Assembly (NCBI GenBank): GCA_035548055.1
Contig: DASZTL010000078.1
Location: 988 to 64,987 of the forward strand
DNA from: Mycobacteriales bacterium
GTDB lineage: Bacteria; Actinomycetota; Actinomycetes; JAFAQI01
DNA: 64,000 nucleotides
Direction of reading: 5' to 3'
Below, in pieces: positions 58,249 through 64,000 of this stretch. Every line of letters starts with the position of its first letter. The first letter of the stretch is position 1. Below the pieces are notes generated by a model, which was given only the letters and a program-made list of their open reading frames with translations, was not told where the DNA came from and made no database searches. A program made the position numbers and the translations under genes.

Positions 58249-59265
58249 TCAAACGACGGCGTAATACCGAATGCCGTCTCGCTCCTGCATCGTTGCGCGG
58301 CCTTGGCCCACGAGCAACTGCAGATGGGCGCCGGTCTCACAGACCGCGAGGAACTGGTTGAACACGTCCAGCTCCGCGAGCGTGCGTTCACGCCGGGTCC
58401 AGGTGACAATGCCCGCCACTGCCGCCGCTGTCTCGGCGCCGCCAGCGAGCGCATCGCACATCTGGTCGAGCCGGATCCGATGGTGCTCGACCAGCTCGTC
58501 CACCCGGGCGTGTGCACTGGGGACGACAGACCCGTGCGCCGGTAACAGCATCGCGTCCGGCCGGCTGCGCACGATCGCAAGCGACTTCAGGAAGGACCCG
58601 AGCGGGTCGTCGGTCATCGCTGGCTCGAAGCCGATCGAGGGCGTGATCGTCGGCAGTACGTGGTCCCCGGCAAAGAGGAGGGAGTTGGCGGTGTCGTAGA
58701 AGACGACGTGACCGCGGGTGTGACCCGGCGTCTCGACGACCTCGAGATCGCGCCCGTTGGCACCGATCCATTGGTCGTTCGCAAGCCACTCGTCGGGCAG
58801 CGCCCACTCCGCCGGATCGTGGTGCCCGCCGTTGCCGCGGTGCATCTTCTCGGCGATGTCCGCCGCGCCCAGTGTGGTCAGCAAGGCGACCTGCTCTTCA
58901 GCCGCCTTGCGCCCGGGCCGCCTGACGAGCTCGAGCGACCACCGCTCCTCGGCGCCCAGCGCCACCCGGGTTCCGAAATCCCGACGCAGGTGGATCGCTT
59001 GGCTGTAGTGGTCACGGTGCATGTGAGTGACGAGGAACCGCTGCACGTCGCCGAGCTCGGCGCCGATCTCACGGAGTCCCGACTGCAGCAGCTCGCGAGC
59101 ATTCGCGACAGCCCAGCCGGAGTCGATCAGGACGGGGCCGTCCGATCCGGTGATGGCGTACACGTTGACGGCGCGCAAACCGTCGTTCGGCAGCGGCAGC
59201 GGGATGCGGTGCACCCCTGGCACTACTTCGTAGACGCCCGGTGCAGTCCAGTCCTCGCTCGGCAC
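58249..59265 (-). CDS. MBL-fold metallo-hydrolase
   Basis: Has VTHMHRDHYS and ..TPGHTRGH... Confidence 0.85.
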   Translation of the reverse strand: MPSEDWTAPGVYEVVPGVHRIPLPLPNDGLRAVNVYAITGSDGPVLIDSGWAVANARELLQSGLREIGAELGDVQRFLVTHMHRDHYSQAIHLRRDFGTRVALGAEERWSLELVRRPGRKAAEEQVALLTTLGAADIAEKMHRGNGGHHDPAEWALPDEWLANDQWIGANGRDLEVVETPGHTRGHVVFYDTANSLLFAGDHVLPTITPSIGFEPAMTDDPLGSFLKSLAIVRSRPDAMLLPAHGSVVPSAHARVDELVEHHRIRLDQMCDALAGGAETAAAVAGIVTWTRRERTLAELDVFNQFLAVCETGAHLQLLVGQGRATMQERDGIRYYAVV

Positions 59266-59281
59266 CCGTCCTGTTTACACG

Positions 59282-61270
59282 TCAGCCGACCGCGAACGTC
59301 GGGCTGGTCCCTGTGAAGGCGGTGAGCCGCCCCTCGGCGTCAGCAGCGTTGCCGTGGTAGCGAATCCGGTAGACACCCGCTTCAGCCTCGGCCGGGACGT
59401 CCCACGTGACGGTGATCCGCATGCCTCCTTCGGCTTTGCGGCAGTGCAGCTTGGTCGCCCAGTCGCCGTCGTCCGCCACGCGTCGCCAAGTGCCGTCGAC
59501 CTCGCGCTCGATCTCGAGGTAGGTACCACCTCTGCGCAGCTCGTTGTTCGGGTTGGCACCGGCGAAGGCGACCTCGACCGTCTCGCCACGGCCGTACCGC
59601 CCCTTCGGCGCCGAGAGCACGTCGCCGAAGCCACGACCTGAGACGCGACCGTCGGGCTTGACCTTGCGCGCAGCCTTCTGGCCGTGCGACAGATCGGGTG
59701 GCGGCGTGCCGCGACCTACTGGCTTGTTGTCACGCATCGCGGTCGCGAGCTGCACCGCAACCTGCGTGAGCGCAGGTGCCTCCCAGCGGCCGAACAAGGT
59801 GCTGCCGCCCTCGTAACGCTGTTCCTCGTACTCTTCGGGCGTCGTGACGTAGTGGATGTAGGCATTGCTGTAGCCGGCGACCAGCACGTCATCGAGCGAC
59901 GCGCCGACGACGGATGCGACCTCTCGACGCATCCGCAGGCCGGCAGTGATCGTCACCTCACCAGGAATCCCGATCAGGTAGAGCCGGCCGATCCGCAGCA
60001 GCTGCACCGGCACCCGCTCCTGCACGAACGGTGCGATCCGATTCATCGCGCCGCCAGGCAGCACGATCCCCTTGGGTGCCTGCGAGTCGCGCAGTCGTGC
60101 CGAGAACCGGTAGTACGTCGCGCGGCTGAGCGCGTCGATGATCCGGTTTCGCCCCTGCTTGAAGCCGAAGAAGCCCGGTCCCTCGTCGGTCCCCGCGAGC
60201 GCCGCCGCGCCGCCACACACGGGCGACGTCCGATGTTCGCGGCCGTCGCCTGTGAACTCCGGGCTGACTGTGACGTTGCCGAGATCCACGTATGTCATGC
60301 GGGCCTCGACGCCGCCGGTCATCGCCACACCCTCGTCCGCGGCAAGGGCTGCGGCCGCATCAGCTTGCCGCTTCCCGACCAGCCGGGTGTTCTCGAACTC
60401 GTCCTCCGTCGGTCCGCTCCCCGGCCGACGGTTGAGATTCGGTGACATGTCACCCGCGTTGGTCTGCGCGAACGCGCTGATGAAGTCCGGAACCGGATCG
60501 GCGAGGTAGTCGACGCCCGTCACGACCCGCTCCCAGTGGTACGCCGCATAGCCCTTGTTGTCGGCGCTCACCAGGCAGTTCTTGTTGGTCATGCTCGTGC
60601 CGTGTGTGGCAAACCAGTTGATGGCTCCGACGACGCGTCCACCACGTTCGACGCGCAGCAGCGTCGTCTGCGGATCGACCGCGTTGGGGAAGTGCGCCTT
60701 GTCGGCCTCAGGGTTGCGAGCGAACGACTGCGGCGAGCGGTTGACGCTCGCGTCCTCGAGCGTTCCGCGCGACAGCGTCAACGTCGCCGGCGCGATGTCG
60801 GTGTGCGCCCGCTCCACCGCTTCGACAATGCCGTCGACGATCGCCTGGAAGGTCAGCGGATGGAATCCGTGGGTCGTCATGTTGTAGAGACGGTGGTGGG
60901 AGTAACCGCCCGGGCCGCAGTGGGTGTGCGTGACTGTGAGCATGGTGTTGACGTCGGTGTAGACGTCGCCGTACGTCGCCGCGAGGCGCCTCAGGACTTC
61001 GCGGTGGACGCTGTCGAACATCAGCGGCAGGTCACTGACGCAGATCAGGACGCGGTCATCGGATGCCGGGTCGACGACGATGAACGCCCGAGTGCGCAAC
61101 CTCGTGTGCAGGCCCTTGGAGACCTGGTCGGCTTTCCCGTACCCAAGCAGCCCACAGCCCCAGAGCTCGCCCGTGACGTCTGAGATCCCACGACCCACGA
61201 GATACGGCGCATCCACCATGTCCACCGGCCCGACCCACCGCCCTTCAACGGAACCGGCTTTCGCCGGCAT
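59282..61270 (-). CDS. Neutral/alkaline ceramidase family protein
   Basis: Reads ..GRGISDVTGELWGCGLLGYG..TRLRTRAF..THTHCGPGGYS... About 660 aa. The start may instead be ATG 61219. Confidence 0.9.
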   Translation of the reverse strand: MPAKAGSVEGRWVGPVDMVDAPYLVGRGISDVTGELWGCGLLGYGKADQVSKGLHTRLRTRAFIVVDPASDDRVLICVSDLPLMFDSVHREVLRRLAATYGDVYTDVNTMLTVTHTHCGPGGYSHHRLYNMTTHGFHPLTFQAIVDGIVEAVERAHTDIAPATLTLSRGTLEDASVNRSPQSFARNPEADKAHFPNAVDPQTTLLRVERGGRVVGAINWFATHGTSMTNKNCLVSADNKGYAAYHWERVVTGVDYLADPVPDFISAFAQTNAGDMSPNLNRRPGSGPTEDEFENTRLVGKRQADAAAALAADEGVAMTGGVEARMTYVDLGNVTVSPEFTGDGREHRTSPVCGGAAALAGTDEGPGFFGFKQGRNRIIDALSRATYYRFSARLRDSQAPKGIVLPGGAMNRIAPFVQERVPVQLLRIGRLYLIGIPGEVTITAGLRMRREVASVVGASLDDVLVAGYSNAYIHYVTTPEEYEEQRYEGGSTLFGRWEAPALTQVAVQLATAMRDNKPVGRGTPPPDLSHGQKAARKVKPDGRVSGRGFGDVLSAPKGRYGRGETVEVAFAGANPNNELRRGGTYLEIEREVDGTWRRVADDGDWATKLHCRKAEGGMRITVTWDVPAEAEAGVYRIRYHGNAADAEGRLTAFTGTSPTFAVG

Positions 61271-61293
61271 TGCCCCTTGGGCAGGGACCCTAC

Positions 61294-62436
61294 TTAACCT
61301 CCGTTGGCCGGCACATAGAACGGAAGCGAATGGGCCGCGTGCGACTTCGTGCGTTTGATGGCCGCCCGGTAGTGCAGCGCTTGGCTCTGCGACACCGGGA
61401 GAGTGAACGTCGCCTGCAGGGTGTCGTCGAGGGTGGCGCGCCGCCCATCACGTGCGCCCGCCCCGCGGATCACGACGACGTCCCCTGGCTGGGCGCCGCC
61501 GACGGACACCGCGACCGTGACTGTCGTTGCGCCGGCCGGCGCAGCCGGTACCTCGACGTGCAGGATCGGGGTGACGACGATGCGCTGCACCGGGCTGTGG
61601 ATCCGTCCCGAGCGCAGCAACAGTCGCAGGTTGCGCTGTGCGTTCGGGCCCGCGATCGCCACCTGTCCATCCGATGAGGTGAGACTCGAACCGATCCGGT
61701 TGCGACCCGGTTCGCCCATGATGCGCTCGATCAGCACGACCCGACGGTTCGCGATCGGGTTGCCGTCGATGTCGGTGAGCCTGCCGCTGACCGTGACGGC
61801 GGTGCCGGCAACGATCCGGTTGCTCGACACGTGGATCTGCAGCTCACCGCGCCTTACCGGTGGAGGCGGAGGCGTCGCCGACGACGTCGGTGTCGGCGTC
61901 GGGCTAGCGGTCGTCGAGGTGGACACGGTCGGCGTGGGAATCACGACCGGGACCGAGGCCGTCGGCGTTGGCGCCGCCGGCGAGTGGCTCGTCGACGGCG
62001 ACGGTGAGGTCTGAGGTGTCGGCGTCCCACCGTCATGAGTGGGTGTGGGCGTCGATGCCACCGACGGCACGGGTGTGGGAGCAGTCGTGGGCGCGACCGT
62101 CGCGGTACTCGTCTTGTGGTGGCTCGGGGCCGGGACGCCGATCGAGTGGAACTGCTTGTAGACCGTCTCCTGCCAGGAGTCCGGCAGGTTGTTCGTGTAG
62201 GCCGCAGCCACGCCGCCGGACAGCCCTAGGACGAGAACGGCGACCGTGCCTCCGGTCGCCACGCGAGCCACCGATCGCCGGCGCTGCGCCGGCACGGTGA
62301 CAGAGACGGCTTCGCGGTATGCGGCAACGGCATCGGCTTCACCCGCCAACTCGCCGGGAGTCGGCGGCGCGGTCAGTGCCTCGACGACCGGGTCCTCACG
62401 GAACGGTGAGAGGTCATCGTCTTGATGACGCATCAC
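61294..62436 (-). CDS. Single-pass membrane protein, candidate anti-sigma factor with Pro/Thr-rich linker and C-terminal Ig-like domain
   Basis: GTGATG junction with the sigma-gene stop. It has a cytoplasmic N-terminus of about 60 aa without HxxxCxxC, one TM segment, a PT-rich linker, and the domain ..IVAGTAVTVSGRLTDIDGNPIANRRVVL... Confidence 0.6.
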   Translation of the reverse strand: MMRHQDDDLSPFREDPVVEALTAPPTPGELAGEADAVAAYREAVSVTVPAQRRRSVARVATGGTVAVLVLGLSGGVAAAYTNNLPDSWQETVYKQFHSIGVPAPSHHKTSTATVAPTTAPTPVPSVASTPTPTHDGGTPTPQTSPSPSTSHSPAAPTPTASVPVVIPTPTVSTSTTASPTPTPTSSATPPPPPVRRGELQIHVSSNRIVAGTAVTVSGRLTDIDGNPIANRRVVLIERIMGEPGRNRIGSSLTSSDGQVAIAGPNAQRNLRLLLRSGRIHSPVQRIVVTPILHVEVPAAPAGATTVTVAVSVGGAQPGDVVVIRGAGARDGRRATLDDTLQATFTLPVSQSQALHYRAAIKRTKSHAAHSLPFYVPANGG

Positions 62437-63056
62437 ACCACCTCCGATCGGACCTTCGGATCACGAGCGAGCGCTCGCAAGCCGCGATGGACACTGACCC
62501 GGACCGCGCCCGGAGACTTTCCGACGATCTCCGCGACGACTCGTACGTCGAGCCCGGCCACCACACGGAGCATGACCATGTCGGCCTGGTCGGGCGGGAG
62601 CCGCCTGACCAATGCAATGGCACGGTCGGTCGAGATCCGATCGAGTGCCTCTGTCTCAGCCGGGGCCGCCGCAGGTTGCCGGCCGACACCCGAGAAGTCC
62701 GGGACCGACACCGCCGGCCGCGCGGCTGCGGCGCGAGCCGCGTCGATGGCTCGATGTCGAGCCAGGGTGAACAACCAAGCGCGGAACCCGTCAGCGTTGC
62801 CGTCGAAGCTCGACAGGTCCCGGACCGCGTGCAACCAGGTCTCCGCCGCGACGTCCTCATGGTTTCCCCGTGTCCGCACGCGCAAGTAGCGAAGCAGTCT
62901 CGGGTGCAGTGCGCGCCAGAGCTCGGCGAAACCCGAGTCATCGCCTGCCCTCGCCCGTTGAAGCGCGTCGTCGAGCGGCTCGGCAGCCGGGCTGACGTCC
63001 GAGCCCCGCCGCCGCGCGTGTCGTGCCGGCTGCTTGCCGATGAGCGCAGTCCCCAT
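62433..63056 (-). CDS. ECF-type sigma-70 family RNA polymerase sigma factor
   Basis: Region 2 reads ..FAELWRALHPRLLRYLRV..AEDVAAETWLHAV... Region 4 reads ..LPPDQADMVMLRVVAGLDVRVVAEIVGKSPGAVRVSVHRGL... The start is ATG 63056, while the ORF track runs to 63125. Confidence 0.85.
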   Translation of the reverse strand: MGTALIGKQPARHARRRGSDVSPAAEPLDDALQRARAGDDSGFAELWRALHPRLLRYLRVRTRGNHEDVAAETWLHAVRDLSSFDGNADGFRAWLFTLARHRAIDAARAAAARPAVSVPDFSGVGRQPAAAPAETEALDRISTDRAIALVRRLPPDQADMVMLRVVAGLDVRVVAEIVGKSPGAVRVSVHRGLRALARDPKVRSEVV

Positions 63057-63102
63057 CTCATCTGAACCACGGCGCCTTGGTGCGCGCCATTCTCCTAAGG
63101 GT

Positions 63103-63864
63103 TCAGCCGATGGTAACGACACCACTCTGGCAACCCTGGTAGTTCGGCCCGCCCGTGAAGGCGAGTTGGAACTCCTCCGGCACCGAGGGTGTGGCGACCC
63201 GGAACGACACGATGCCGTGGCGGTGCGTGCGATGCGTCCGCACCGTCGTCCACGTGTCGCTACCGACGGTCCGCTCCTGGAGGGTCACCTTGCGGCCGGA
63301 CAGCGGGTGAGCGTGGCCGCGCAGCTGGCCCTGAATCACCTGACGACCGTGTCGACCATCGTGGGCACGGATCGACAGCGAGCTGTCCCACTGCACGTGG
63401 ACCGTGACGACCTTGCTGCGCGCGAATGTGGCGACCGGCGTGCTGGCCGGAGAGGGAACGGGCGACGGCGTGACCGTCGGTACCGGCACAGCGCGGAACA
63501 CCAGGCGGTAGTGCATGTTGGTCCTGGGCGTCACCGTGAAGCTCACGCTGCCGTCGGCCCCTGTGGTACCCGTCGCGATCCGGTGCGCGTGGTGGACCCG
63601 ATGGGCATGGTGATGGCGGCCCGCCGCCCAAGCCCGCAGGGCCACGGTGTCGCCGGCCTGCGGCACGCCCGCCTTCGTGAGCACCCCTGACACCGTGTCC
63701 GAGGTGCCCGCAGCGATTGACTTGGCGGCGAGCGCGATCGACAAGCTGTAGCCGTCGGAAGCGGCCGGCGTGCCGTTCGCGGCCACGGCGCCCGCTGGGC
63801 CAGCCGCCGTGACGAGTGCGGCCCCCGCTGAAGCGGTGAGCAGAAGCAATCCGGGCTTTCTCAT
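63103..63864 (-). CDS. Secreted protein with two Ig-like repeats and His-rich insertions
   Basis: Signal peptide MRKPGLLLLTASAGAALVTAAGPAGA. Repeats follow the pattern ..IAAGTSDTVSGVL..G.P.AG..V.L... His-rich runs HHHAHRVHHAHR and RTHRTHRHG. Confidence 0.65.
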   Translation of the reverse strand: MRKPGLLLLTASAGAALVTAAGPAGAVAANGTPAASDGYSLSIALAAKSIAAGTSDTVSGVLTKAGVPQAGDTVALRAWAAGRHHHAHRVHHAHRIATGTTGADGSVSFTVTPRTNMHYRLVFRAVPVPTVTPSPVPSPASTPVATFARSKVVTVHVQWDSSLSIRAHDGRHGRQVIQGQLRGHAHPLSGRKVTLQERTVGSDTWTTVRTHRTHRHGIVSFRVATPSVPEEFQLAFTGGPNYQGCQSGVVTIG

Positions 63865-64000
63865 GGCGTTCCTTTGCGTGGAGGGTTCGCTGGTGACAGC
63901 GGAACGACCCGGAATCGCGTTACAGCGCGACGCCGCGGGCGCATTACCGTCTGCCGGATGAGCGGATTGTCGTTTCGGCCGGCGACGAGCGACGATGTCG

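Overview
High-GC actinobacterial chromosome segment, densely packed with about 70 protein genes. Many adjacent genes overlap at start/stop junctions (ATGA, GTGA, TTGA, GTGATG). I saw no CRISPR array and no intact mobile element. As I recall, the backbone gene order parallels M. tuberculosis Rv3649-Rv3683 and the S. coelicolor bldG-crp region. Left to right: hppA (partial), a BldG/ApgA-like STAS plus anti-sigma kinase pair, a DEAD/DUF1998 helicase, a sortase cassette, a seven-gene Tad/Flp-like operon (ssd to tadE-like), 6C sRNA, HAD-IB hydrolase, epoxide hydrolase, marP-nudix-tlpA-nth, an RsiG-like gene plus crp, a large adenylate-cyclase STAND protein, MBL/Nudix/RidA/DUF4177, a WhiB-family gene, two ArsA-like ATPases, ponA, tRNA-Pro, an SDR/SDR/LLM islet, a kinase-GAF-PP2C phosphatase, asd-ask, recR-ybaB-dnaX-SRP RNA, tRNA-Ser, a c-di-AMP riboswitch plus rpf, a CPBP protease, an arsR-aquaporin/arsI module, patatin, tRNA-Ser, tadA, sulfite reductase/cysH/chelatase, MarR-MMPL, ceramidase, and an ECF-sigma triad. 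The strongest second-look candidates are: (1) a small helical protein upstream of crp with an exact RsiG-type c-di-GMP-binding signature plus a degenerate second copy, next to Crp and a cyclase-STAND protein; (2) an ECF sigma flanked by two proteins sharing a His-rich Ig-like domain; (3) a sortase translationally coupled to a surface protein with a non-canonical sorting-signal-like tail, sitting inside the helicase/secretion neighbourhood; (4) several unexplained structured intergenic elements. All calls come from reading the sequence and translations. No searches were run.
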